Source: the human T2T-CHM13v2.0 reference genome, Homo sapiens
Assembly (NCBI RefSeq): GCF_009914755.1
Contig: NC_060936.1
Direction: 5' to 3' (one strand)
DNA length: 64,000 bases
Within the stretch, counting starts at the first letter, position 1; each line of letters opens with the position of its first letter. Shown one piece after another: positions 1-12,599 of this stretch. The notes beneath the pieces were generated by a model. It searched no databases. It saw nothing but the letters and a program-made list of their open reading frames with translations, and was not told the origin of the DNA. The position numbers were made by a program, and so were the translations under genes.

Positions 1-1270
1 GACCTCTCTTTTAGTTAACCGAATCTTCCTTCTGCATGATTGAGTGTGCTGTTGAAGTTCTTAACTGAATGTTTTCAGTTCTATTATTGTATTTTTTATC
101 TCTAGGATTCTAGCTTTTATGGTTTCTATTTCTTTATTAAACTTCTTATTTTGTTCCTTCATTTTTTTCTAATAATGTTTAGTTTTCTGTGTTCTCTTGC
201 ATCTCATTGAGCATCTTTAAGATGATTATTTTGAATTCTTTGGCACGTAATTCATAGATCTCCATTTCTTTGGGGGATGGTTACTAGGGCTGTATTGGTT
301 TCTTTTGGTGATGTTATGTTGCCTGATTCTTCATGATCTGCATAGCTTTGCATAGATGTCTGTGTATTTGAAGGAAAAAACAAACAGCTCTTCAGTCTTT
401 ACACACTGGTTTTGGCAGGTAAAGATCTTCTATTGTTAGGTCCCTCAGATTTATGAGACTGCCTCCAGGATCACAGTTGAGTGGTGTTGGAGCCAGGTCA
501 TATGGCTGCTGCTGGATCCACAGGGGAATCCATGATTACCAGGCCTGTTATTAGTAGTTCAGGTAGACATACATGAATCCTGTCTGATACCTGGGTGGAT
601 AAAATTTCCTCCAGGACCTTAGTCAGTAGGGCTGATGTTGGGACAAGAGTCTATTTCATGGTCTGCCATTGGATCTCTAGACAGTGGGACTGTTACCAGA
701 TGTCTCTTGCTGGGTCCCTGGGTGAACAGGACTGCTCCCAGATAGCAGCTGGGAGGGATCAGAGGCAAGACACAAAGCTGCTTCATAATCCATGGTCAAA
801 CCAGTGCCAGCAGTTCTACCTCTGAGGTCACAGATAGTCATGTCTCCCAAATAATTCCACAGGCAAGACTGCTCCTGGACCATGCTTGAAGGGGCTAGAG
901 TTGGATCATGCACTACTTCAGGGTCCATAACCTGAACTGAAGTCCCAGGTGCTTTTGGCTTTTCCTGTGTTTCTTGGCAGATGGTTCTGGTGTTAGAACT
1001 AAGGCCAAATGAAGTTGTAGCTGAATCCAAAGAGGTACATAGCTGATTTTAGGTTTATAGCCAGAACCATGGTCAGTAAGCCTGCCAGATGGGAGCATAC
1101 GTGTCTTTTCAAAATGGCACTACTCAGTCTTGGGCTCCATCTGGGTTTCACAACCTCCTACCTGGATGCCAAAGCTCCCACAAAGGCAATTTTGTCCATG
1201 GATAAATATTGTTGCTGTTGTGGGATATGAGTGAGGCACCTCCTATTTCACTGTTTTCCTGGTATCACTC
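1..1270 (-). mobile_element. Old L1M 5' region (ORF1 start and 5'UTR), antisense
   Basis: T-rich antisense ORF1-like sequence followed by a GC-richer 5'UTR ending in a ctcctatt...cactc-type L1M 5' terminus. Confidence 0.6.
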
Positions 1271-2374
1271 TTTCATTTTGTTATTATTTATAGTTTCACT
1301 TTTTCTGTAAAATTTTTCAATTTTTTTCTTTTAATTCCTTAAACAGGCACACCATGGTTATTTTAAAGTCTGTGTCTGTTTACTTCATTTTCTCTTTTTC
1401 TTACTGGTTATTTCTATATTCTCTTCTCTTGGTTTTTAATCATGTTGACTGCCTCCACGAATTACTTCATTTTTTATTGAAATTATAAATGAAATGTTAT
1501 GAAAATGTGATGACATTAATTCCCTCTAGAAAGGATGCACCTTCCACAAGCATTTCTTTTACTGCTGTATAATCTTTTATTAAGGGTTGCTCAAAAAAAA
1601 ATAGGAATTGGCTATTCTAACTTAGCAATTATCCAGGACAAGTAAGTGCTTGACTAATTTAGTTAATCTTGCAAATTAAAATTTGACCTTTAACGATACT
1701 CTTTATTGATCTATTTAATAACTATATATTGTTAAATATTTTTAAATCTATGCAGCTAGGAGAGCTAGTAATGATAGATCACTTGGATCCTTTTACAGAG
1801 ATAAGGGTGACTTGATCTGGGCTAACGTTTTTTGAAGGGTTTTTCTACTTATTTTTCAATCTTATTTCTATGGTGTAACCTTTCAAATTCCAATCCAAAG
1901 GTGGGAAATTGACTAGTGCTATCCCTTCTTGATAAATTCTGGATACCAATATTTTCCCATAGTCCTACAAGTCTATCTAGGTTTTGCTCTGTTATTTCCT
2001 TCTAAGCCTTTTTTTCTAGAATTGACAGGTATCTCTTCTTGAAATACTACCCCAAGTGTCAGGCTTACTTCTCTGAGTTTTTATCTATCCCTGAATCTGA
2101 CTTCATAATTCCTCACTACCTGTTGACTCTATGTGCTTTCAAGCAATTTTGTGTTTATATTTTGTCCATTTTTCTAGACATTCTAGATGATCTGCATTTT
2201 TTGGCTGCCATTTCTAAAAGCATTTCTCTGTTACCATTTGCTAAAGGTTACTCAAAAAAAGTATGGTTTGCCTGTTTTAATTTAGTAATGACATAAGACA
2301 AACAGAAACAGTGTCTGAACAATTTTATTTAACTCATTTTTGCAAAGAACTTATTTTAGAATACTTTGTGTTAT

Positions 2375-2810
2375 CTACTTAACAATTATTTATTGAGGGC
2401 TTACTATGCACAAAGTACTGCTTCAAATCATGAGCATACAGTAATGAAAAGACACCCAAGTTTCTTACCTCTCAGCACTTACTTTGTCACTGGTGTAATA
2501 TAAAAAGCAAATGGATAAGAAACTATATAACTTCAGATTATCATAAATGGTATGAAGAGAATAAACCGTGAATTGTTATAGAAAAGTAAATTGCAAGATA
2601 AAACTTAAACATTAAAAAGAATCCCTTGTGCACAGTGGTGGGAAAATGGTGTCCAGGCATAGGTAACTAAATAAAAAAATACCCTGAGAAAGAAAAAAAA
2701 GCTTGCTATATTAGCAGATCATGGCTAAACTATGATGTTGTTAGCAAGCAATTAGTATAATTTGAAATTCAAAAGGAGCACAGAGTCTGGATCATGTAGA
2801 ACCTTGTATA
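2375..2810 (-). mobile_element. L2 3' end
   Basis: caattatttattgagggcttactatgcacaaagtactg matches the reverse of the L2 3' terminus. Confidence 0.6.
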
Positions 2811-2889
2811 AGAACAGCTCAGCTTTGTTCCATAACTTTTTAAAATTGAAGATCATATAAGTTATGGTGCTGTATTATAGCTGAGTTAG

Positions 2890-4830
2890 CTGCCATAATA
2901 TTTCTTCCCATTTTCTTACCAAAAAATGCTGTCAGCCCACTAAACTGGTAGGAGTGCCCTATACTGTCAAAACACTTCATAACTACATTGTTTCTACTGA
3001 CAGTTTTACCTCTTGGAGGGTAGTGGAAGCAACTGGGGAAATTGCTACTCTGAACTTAATAACAAACAAAAGGGAAAAATTGGTTGGAAAAGTAAAAGTG
3101 ATAAGAACCATGGGGACAGGAAATAATACTTCTTTAGAATTTAAAATCGCACCAAAAGAAAATCCTGAGCACATTCAGACAGTCATTAAATCTTTGAAGA
3201 AAATGTTTTTATTAGTTTAAAAACAAAGTGAAAATGGACTCAGGATGTTGGAACCTAAGAAGGAAGACCGCAAGTGTTTCAGAATGTTCCACAAAAAATA
3301 GTTCTGCTTACATCATTATGGAAGGAATTTTGATGAGACAGGTCATAGAGGGAAAAGAAAAAAAGGCTAATATAGCCATAAAGAATGCTTTTAAATCAAG
3401 TAATACACTTGACTTAAAAAGACAAGCCAGCGGCAATTATAAAATAATGACACCTAAGAATGTTTTCAAGAAGTCTGGTTCATAATGCATTCAAACTTAA
3501 AAAAATATTAAAGACAACTAAAAAAATTTTGCTCATTTTTGGAGCAAAAAAACTACCAAAGAAGGAGCAGCTTGAGGGAATATTAATGGATTATGAGAAG
3601 AAAATGAAACTGAACTATTTTGCGTTATCCTACAAGATGAATGATTATAGAGTACAATAGACTGACTAACCAGGAGTTGAAAGCCAGATCATAAGATATT
3701 TGAAGAGACACAGTAACCTCTCAAAATGAGGCCAATTTTCTTAGATCAGGTGAGTTACCCCTGGAGTGTTAAAATAATTTGCAAATGAATTTGCTGAAGA
3801 ATATGTGATGGGCATTCATCTTTCAGAAATCTTAGTGAGTAGAGATGAGCTGGTGAAAGCCTAGAGAGAATCTAATATCTTTCTAATATTCAAAAGAGCA
3901 GAGAACAAAGTGAAAAATCCTGAAGACTGTTCTTATCTAAATAACACTTTCAGAACGGATTATAACGGTATAGTTTATGAACTTTACAAAATGAAGCTGT
4001 TTTTATTAGGAAATAGTAAGTTTACTAATGGCAAGTTATATATTCTAATGCATTTTTCCATCTCTCCTTTGCTTTCTATGCTCCAACCACAGAGATCTCC
4101 CTTGCATCCAAAAACCTGGCATACAGTTTGGGTATCCCTTCTCCAAGATATGTGGGGCCAGAAAATTTTCAGATTTTGGAATATTTGCATATATATAATG
4201 AGATATCATGGGATCAGACCCAAGTCTAAACACAAGAATTCATTTATATTTCATATACACCTTGTCCACGTAGCTTGAAGGTAATTTAATCCAATATTTT
4301 TTAATAATTTTGTGCATGAAACAAATTTTTGACTGCATTTTGACTGTGATCCATCACATGAGATCAGGTGTGGTATTTTCTATTTGTCGCATCATGTTGG
4401 CGTTCAAAAAGTTTCAGATTTTGGAGCATTTCAAATTTAAAATTTTCAGATTAGGAATTCTCAACCTGTAATAGAAATGCAGTAAATTTTGTTGAACAGA
4501 TTATTCAATTTTCTCTAATATGACATCCTTCAGTGGCATTTTCCACACAAGGCCTCTGCACATACTCTTCCCTCTGCCTGTAATGCTCTCATTCTCTTGA
4601 TTGACACTCTCTTAAACCAAAATTTCTCTGACTCCAGGTCAGAGAAATTTTGGTCATAAACTCTTTGTAGGGCAGTTTTTGAGTGTAGGCAATCTCTTTT
4701 ATAGATACTTGAAGAAAAGCTAGAGAAATATAATTTGGTTGTGGTTCAGTTAAGTTGAATAGCAACTTTGGATTAAATGACTATATCCAAGAGATAGAGA
4801 TCAAATAGAGTCTGGAGACAGTGTATGTTA
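2890..4830 (+). mobile_element. CR1/L3 LINE ORF2 fossil (endonuclease to RT), interrupted by L2 and Tigger4
   Basis: ORF 2954 ATLNLITNKREKLVGKVKVIRTMGTGNNTSLEFKI resembles CR1 'LDLILTN.EELVG.V.V.G.LG.SDH..LEF.I'. Degraded GPDELHPRVLKE / W..AN..PIFKK / P.NY-like motifs at 3745-3935; EKLEKY at ~4714. Confidence 0.75.
4124..4468 (+). mobile_element. Tigger4b/MER46-type non-autonomous Tc1/mariner element
   Basis: TA-flanked TIRs cagtttgggtatccct ... aggaattctcaacctg; internal sequence typical of Tigger4/Zombi. Confidence 0.8.
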
Positions 4831-5321
4831 TATGCTAACTGTCACTTCATATGATAAAGCAGTGATTTATTTTCTTTGGCCAAAGCTGGTACAATTTGAA
4901 CAACAAAATAAATAAGAGAGTAATCACATGAGTAGTTTTAAGCACTTCCTGACTTTCTGGTACTAAAGATGCTCCAGGCAAGTATGACTTTTATACTTGA
5001 CAAAAAAGGTAAACATCGAGGCCTCATTCTCAGTTGTTTGGGTTCAGGTGGCTCTCTGTACTCTCTCCACAGGGAAACTTTCCAAGAATTTTGTGGTTTT
5101 CTGCAGGATTTCTCACTGTAATATCACAAGGACATTCTCTCTCCCATTGATCTTTTCCCCTTAGGCATATTCAGTTACCATCTAAATTAATAAGAGTCCA
5201 TCTTGGTAGTCTTCCTATTTTAGGCTACTATATAAATGACATACAAGATAGATTTACAGATCAAATAAAACATTTTGCTTGGGGGAAAAAATTTACTTCC
5301 ACAAATGTGTTCTAAATAAGC

Positions 5322-8300
5322 TTTTTTAAGTTTAGAATAGCTTTAAATATACAGAAAAATTGAGAAGGTAGTACAAATAGTTTCCATACACCCGTACCCA
5401 GTTTCCACTATTAGTAGCATCATGCATTGTTATGGTGCATTTGTCACTATTAATGAACTGATATTGATTATTATCGTTCATTGAAGTCCATATTTTATGT
5501 ATAGTCCTTAGTTTTTACCTAATGTCCTTCTTCTATTCCAGGATCTCATCCAGGAAACAATATATTAATAATATTTAGTTGTCATGTCCACTTAGGTTCC
5601 TCTTGACTGCGACTTTCTGCAGGCTTTCCTTATTTTTGATGACTTTCATGGTTTTGAGGAGTATTGGTTAGGTATTTTTTGTAAAATGTCCCTCAATTGA
5701 AATTTTTCTAATTTTTTCCTCATGATTGGGTTTGAATTATATAATTTGAGAAAGAAGAACACAGAGATAATTTGCTATTTCCATTCCATGATAATAACGG
5801 TACATAAAATCAACATGTCTTGTCTCTGTTAACTTTGGTCACACAGCTGAGGTGGAGTTTGTCGGAGTTTTATCAGTGTAAACTTATTCCCCACTGCCTC
5901 ACACTATGCTCTTTGGAAGTCACTATGCACAGCTCACACTCAAAAAGTGGGGAATTATTCTCCAATTTCTTGAAGGCAGAATACCTACATAAATTACTTG
6001 AAATTTTTCTGCTTGGAAGATTTGTCTATGATCTCCATTTATTTATTTATTCAAATATTTATTTAAGTCCCTATTTACTCATGGGTATTTATTTCATAAT
6101 TTGGGTTATAATCTAATACTGTCCTTTTATTTTGTTGCTCAAATTACTCCAGCTTTGGCAATTTTGAGCAACATGCATCATTATGGGTTTTTTATTTGTT
6201 CGTTTTTTGGATTTTTTTAAGTACTTCTTTACTTTCTGGTACTACATGATGCTCCAGGCTCATCTTGAATATTTCCTGCCTTGTGCTGGAATCAGTCATT
6301 CCTTCCCAGGGAAGCCTGGCTTCTTTCATTCAAGAATGGTATTCAAAACCAAGATCTGGGTATGCTCATTGCCACTTTAGTGTCATTGTTTTTGGGTTCC
6401 CTCGACTGACAGAACGAGGACATAGATGTATGTACACTAACCCATATATACACACATAGTATAATCATTCCTGTATGTAACCATCTGTATCTATATTAAG
6501 CCAAACATGAGTTCATACTGAGGTCTCCAACTCTAATTTGTATGGATCATTCTAGCCCCCTTTCCTTGATTACCTCAAAATCCCTCTGAGAGAAACCTGG
6601 CTCCCACTATTCACCATTCAATTTACTTAAGTGCCTTGTTCAATTCCAGTATATATGTATGATGGTTTCAGAATTGTTCATCAATACACCTGGGAAGCAA
6701 TATTATCCCTACATCACAGCATAATGTTTATGTAAAGTCCACGTTGTCTTTTGTCGTATAGACTCCACTCTTCCAAAGTTACTGAGGTCAACAGGTTTTT
6801 CTCCCATGCTCTTCAGTGAGATTGCCTCATACATTGGTAACACAGACAGATTTTGGAGGGGTGTCACATTCTGCATTCCATTCTGGGATCCTTTATTCTC
6901 CTAAGATTTTTGCATAAAATAATATTTAATCTTTGTCTCAGGTTTTGGGTTTGACAGATACATAGTGTTATGTATTTACCATTGCAGCATCACACATAAT
7001 AATTTCATTGTCCTAAAAGAATCTCTTCTTTTTATTTAACCTTTCCCCTTCCCCAAAAAACTTTGGAAACCATTGATCTGTTCGCCATCCTTCTAGCTGT
7101 GTCTTTTTCAGAATGTCATATAATTTGAATCATAAAATATGGAGCATTTTCAGACTGGCTTCTTTCACTTAGCCATATGCCCTCAAGATTCATCTATGTC
7201 TTCACATGGCTATATATCTCATTCTTTTTAATCAACAAATAGTATTCCATTGTATGAATGTACCAAGGTTTGTTTATTCATTTATTGAAGGATATCTTGA
7301 TTACTTCCAATTTTGGTGGTTTATGAATAAGGCTGCTGTAACCATTCATGCGCAAGTTTTTTTGTGTCCATAATTTTTTCAACTAAGATGGGTCAATATC
7401 TAGGAGCACAATTGCTAGATCATATAATATGGCCATGTTTAGCTTTCTAAAGAGCTGCCAGTCTTACAAAATAGCTGTACCATTTTGTATATTCACTAGC
7501 AATAAATAAGTTGCTCAGCATCTTTGCCAGAATTAGGTGTTGTCAGTTTCCTGGATTTTTTTTATCTTCCTAATAGGTTTTAAGTACTATCTCATTGTTA
7601 TTTTAATTTGTGTTTCCTTAATGACAAATGATGTTGAGCAAATTTTTCATATGCTTGTTGCCATTTCCTTTGATGATATGTCTGTTCATATTTTTTGCCC
7701 ATTTTTAATTGGTTGTTTATTTTGTTATTATTGAATTCTAACAAGTTATTTGTTTTATTTTATTTATTTATTCCTTTTTTTGAGATGAAGTATTGCTCTG
7801 TTGCCCAGGCTGGAGTGCGGTGGCACAATTGCAGCTTCCACCTCCAGGGTTCAAGCAATTCTCCTGCCTCAGTCTCCTGAGTAACTGGGATTACAGTCAT
7901 GGGCCACCATGCCCGGTTACAAGTCTTTTATTAGACTTGTATTGTGCAAATATTTTCTTTTAGTCTTTGGCTTACCTTTTCATTCACTTAACAGTGTCCT
8001 TCAAAGAGAAGAAAGTTTTAATCTACTAAAGTTTATTAGTTTTTCCTTTCTTGGATTGTGCTTTGAGTGTTGTATCAAAAATCAAATCACCAAACCCAAG
8101 GTCATGTAGATTTTCTCCTGTGTTTTCTTCTCAGAGCTTTATAGTTTTGCATTTTACATTTAGATTTATGATCCAGCTTGAGTTAATTTTTGTGAAAAGG
8201 TTAACGTCTGTGTCTGTGTTCAATTTTTGGACTTTCTATTGTTCCAGCACATGTTATTAGGTGTAAACACACTTAGGATCGCTATATATCCTGGGAGAAT

Positions 8301-9590
8301 TATCCCTATTATTATTAGGGAACACCCTTTTCAAACCTCATAATCTTCATTACTCTGAAGTCTGCTTAGTCTCAAATTAATATAGGTTACATCTATTTTC
8401 TTGTGATTAGTATTAGTGTGGTATGCCTATCTTCATCTCTGCATTTAACCTGTCTCACTCTATTTTTAAAGTAGCTTTCTTTCACACTATATGTTTGGGT
8501 CTTGTTTTGTAATTCACTCTGAAAATCCATATCTTTCAAGTGGTTTATTTAGACTACTCATATTTAAAGTGATTACATATGTAATTGGATTCATATTTGT
8601 AACTATTTTCTATTTGGGAAATTTATTCTTTGTTTCCTCCTCATTTTTCAGCTTTCTCTGGTTTAACTGAGCTTTTTATAGAATGTCATTTTCTTTCCTT
8701 AGAATTATAGTTATTTTTAAAGTTCTCAGTGGTTACCTTAGAGTTTACAACATGTGTTTTGAACTAATGTAGGTATTTTTAACTAATCTAAGTCCACCTT
8801 TATGTAATACTATACCACTTCATATGTAATGCAGGTACCTTAACAAGAGTATTCTCAGTTCCCCTTTTCTGTTTCTGTGACATTGGTGTCATTTATTTAA
8901 CTTAACCATATGCTGTTATTATTCAATACAATGTTACTGTCATTACTTTAAATAGATAAATTTTAGATCCATTAAGAACTTTAAAAAGGTAAAGATTTTA
9001 TTTTTCTTGCAGAGCAGGTATCCTGACAATGAATCTCTGATTTATTGTTTATTTAAAAAAAAATCTTAATTTTTCCCTTCACATTGAAGGATACATTTGC
9101 TGGATATAAAATTTTAGATGATGGGTTATGTCTTTCAACATCTTAAATATTTTATTCCACTCTCTTCTTGCCTGCATGGTTTCTGACAAGAAATCAGCTG
9201 TAATTCTTATACTTATTACACTCTGTAGTAGGATTTCCTCACCTTATCTCCTCAGGCTATTTTCAAGATTATCTCTTAGTCTTGGTTTTCTGCAGTTTAG
9301 CTATAATATAGATAGGTGTATGCTTGGGTTATTATATTTACATTCTATGAGCTTCTTGAATTTGTGCTTTGGTATCTGTCATTAATTTTGGAAGTGTCCC
9401 AAACATTGCTACTTTAAATATTTCTTCTGCTATGTTCTCTCTTTCTTCTTCTTCTGGTATTCCAATTACAGGCATGTTATATCTTTTTAAGTTGTCTCAC
9501 AGTCCTGAATGTTCTAGTCTCCTTTTATTCATTCTTTTTCTTGTGCATTTCATTTTGGAAAGTTTCTATGTACCTCTCATCACTAACATC
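5322..9590 (-). mobile_element. Long, internally deleted L1MC/L1MD-type element (3'UTR, ORF2 and ORF1 pieces)
   Basis: Antisense L1M 3'UTR motifs (tttagaatagctttaaatatacagaaaaattg, gatgctccaggctcatcttg), ORF2 C-terminal antisense ~6900-8250, ORF1 antisense ~9000-9590. Confidence 0.7.
7750..7918 (-). mobile_element. Alu right monomer (FRAM/AluJ-like)
   Basis: T tail followed by gagatgaagtattgctctgttgcccaggctggagtg; single monomer only. Confidence 0.8.
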
Positions 9591-10894
9591 ATGAAAAACT
9601 GAGACATTATCTTAACATTATCTTTAGTGCAGCACATGCTTAGCAGAGAATCAACAGTGTAAACTTAGTCAACTCTGTTCTCATGAAATCTTTTTGTTCT
9701 ATTTATCATTTCACTCTTTTCTGTTTTATTTGACAGAATAAAAATACCAATTCATTTATCTAGTATTTTTTATAACCCAATATACAGCTTTTTGCATTTT
9801 CAAAATCCAGCTATCATGTTTTTAATCTCCAGATATTTTTCTTGGATATTTCATTACTTCTACTCTAGTTTTTCTCAAATCATAATACATTTGCAGATTA
9901 TGGATTTTTAAAAGGCTTCTCTAACTTCTTATAGCATAAGTCTGTTTTATAGGGGGGAATTTTACTGCCTCAGACTAATCTCATTTAAAATTGTGCAGTT
10001 TTCAATATATTGGTAAACTTTTTGGTTTACTTAACCTTTGAGAGAGAGGTCAAATATTTGAATAATATTGGGCTGAGATAAATTTTGAGAAATTGGGTGA
10101 TTGAGTCCCAGTTCAAATCATAAAGGCAAGAACATAAAAACTTACATTTATTATAATTTTACTTTACAGTATTAGTGAAAAAGGACATTATACATGGATG
10201 CAATCACAGCATGGATTTTTCTCTTTGTTGCTGAAAATTTTCTCTTCTGTAATTGTGGAGTAGTCCCAATTATTTCCATATAACTATTCTCACTGGCTTG
10301 ACAGCTCTGGGAACTACCTTCAGCTATCTCTGTAATTTAGTTTAAAAATGTAATATGAGAATAATATCTACAGCAGGTTCCCTGCCCTACATAAATCCTA
10401 GTATCTAGAAAATTTTGATGGCTTAATTAGGATAAAAGGTTGCTTCTCTATAAAACATACTTTTATCTAGCTCTTGCCTTTCAAAATTAGGTAATTGTAG
10501 TAGTTCTTTCAATGTTCTCTGAGTTTGGCTATATTTTATATACAGTGAGTTGTGGTATGATATGGTTTCCCAATACAGTTTCTCCCTCTGTTACAGCCTT
10601 TAGACTCAAGTCTTTTAAACACAATACACACTCTTTTCTAATTTTTATTATTGATACATATTTTTCACTGTTATTATATTCTCTTGGTAATTTAATGATG
10701 TTTTGTGAGAGATGAATGATAGAGGAATGAAAGTGAGAAAGATTAACATTTTATACTTTTATTATAATTATATTTAAAGTATACAGTCAGTGAAATCTTA
10801 CTAATCACAAATATTACATTCATCTAAATTCTACAGAGCATCTTATTTCCCAGGAGGGCTTATGAGATTTTTTTTTTTTACCACTGGTTTTCAA

Positions 10895-11290
10895 CAATTT
10901 TGGTAAATGTATTAAATACAATACTATACAGTAATAAAAGGGAACAAACTACTGATATACTCAACAACATGGGTAAATTTCACAGATAACATGTTGCGTG
11001 AATGGAGTCACATGCCAAAGAGTAGGGTTGGTATGATTCTATTTACATACATTTTTAGAACATGGAAAACTAATCTGTGGTGATAGAAATCAGAGCAATG
11101 GAGACTGGCAGGAAGCAGGAGAAGGTGATCACCTGGGAGGTAATAGAAAAGGATTTTCTTCTGTGCTGCAATTGAACTATGCACTGATTGGGATGTGGGC
11201 CCATGGGTTTATACATTTGTCAAAATTTATCATATAGTATTCTTAAGATCTGTGCATTTCACTGTATATAAATTATAGTTTAATTTAAAA
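10895..11290 (+). mobile_element. L1ME 3' end
   Basis: aaactaatctgtggtgatagaaatcag ... aagatctgtgcatttcactgtatataaatta motifs. Confidence 0.7.
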
Positions 11291-11678
11291 TGCTATGATA
11301 AAATAGCTGCACTAAAAGGAAAAATTGTTTGTTTAAAAAATTGCAATGTATAAACCTGGGAAATTAAAATCTTAAATATCTAGCAAAATTTTAGTAATCA
11401 ATACTCCATCCTAGTAGAAAATTAGAAAACCATAAATACAAATATTTTACAAAAATTAATTAAAATGGCATTAAAATACATGAAAAATTTTAAACTCCTT
11501 TAGTAATTAGAGAAATGTAACTTTAAATCATAATGATTTATATATAATTTTTTGCCTTCCACATGTTCACTTATTATAAATGCCATATAATTTTATATTT
11601 TAACATTTTTATATAGTAGACCTTCAAATAGTCGATGGGTGAATAAACTAATGCTTGCTAATTTAAATAGTCAATGTT

Positions 11679-12418
11679 TGATATGGCTTGGATCTGTGAC
11701 CCCACCCTAATCTCATGGAGCTTGTTGGGGGGTTTGTTTGCTTGTTTTTGTTTTTGAGATGGAGTCTCACTCTGTGGCCCAGGCTGGAGTGCAGTTGCTT
11801 CATCTCAGCTCACCACAACCACTGCCTCCCGGGTTCAAACAATTCTCCTGCCTCAGCCTCCTGAGTAACTGGGATTACAGGCGTGCGCTAACACACCTGG
11901 CTAATTTTTGTATTTTTAGTAGAGTCAGGGTTTCACCATATTGGCCAGGCTGGTCTCGAACTCCTGACCTCAAGTGATCCACCCTCCTCGGACTCCCAAA
12001 ATGCTGAGATTACAGGCATGAGCCATGAGGCCAGCTCCTAATCTCATGCTGAGTTGTAATCCCCAATGCTGAAGTTGGGGCCTGGTAGGAGGTGATTGGA
12101 TCATGGGGGCAGATTTCCCGCTTTGGTGCTGTTCTCATGAAAGAATTCTCACCAGATCTGGTTGTTTAAAAGTATGTAGCAAGTTCTCCGTTCCCCTTCT
12201 CCCTCTTGCTCCTGCTCTGGTCATGGAAGCTGTGCTTTGCTTCCCCTTCGCTTTCCACCATGATGGTAAGTTTCCTGAGTACCCCCTGGAAGCCGAGCCG
12301 ATGCCAGAATCATGCTTCCTGTACAGTCTATGGAACTGTGAGCCAATTAAACCTTTTCTCTTTACAAATTACCCAATCTCAGGTATTTATGCATAGCAGT
12401 GCAAGAATGAATTAGTAT
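11679..12418 (+). mobile_element. MSTA-type MaLR solo LTR split by an Alu
   Basis: tgatatggcttggatctgtg start; ccaattaaaccttttctctttacaaattacccaatctcaggtattt end. Confidence 0.85.
11718..12036 (-). mobile_element. AluS inserted in MSTA
   Basis: Full dimer; flanking direct repeat cctaatctcatg at 11706-11717 and 12037-12048. Confidence 0.92.
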
Positions 12419-12599
12419 GTTTTAACGTAAATATTATTAAAATTGTAAATTATATATTTATAATTTAAAGAAAATGAGTGGATCTTAAGGATAATAACAA
12501 TAAAACAGGTATCTAATTATATGGGAGGAAATTAAAGATGTAATAGTAAATTTTATAGCTTCCATTACTTAAAATTACGTAACTACAGAATTAAAATAA

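Noticed and set aside
595-1098. Three overlapping ORFs in a GC-richer patch
   Set aside because: Lie in an old L1 5'UTR; no recognisable protein, splice sites or CpG island.
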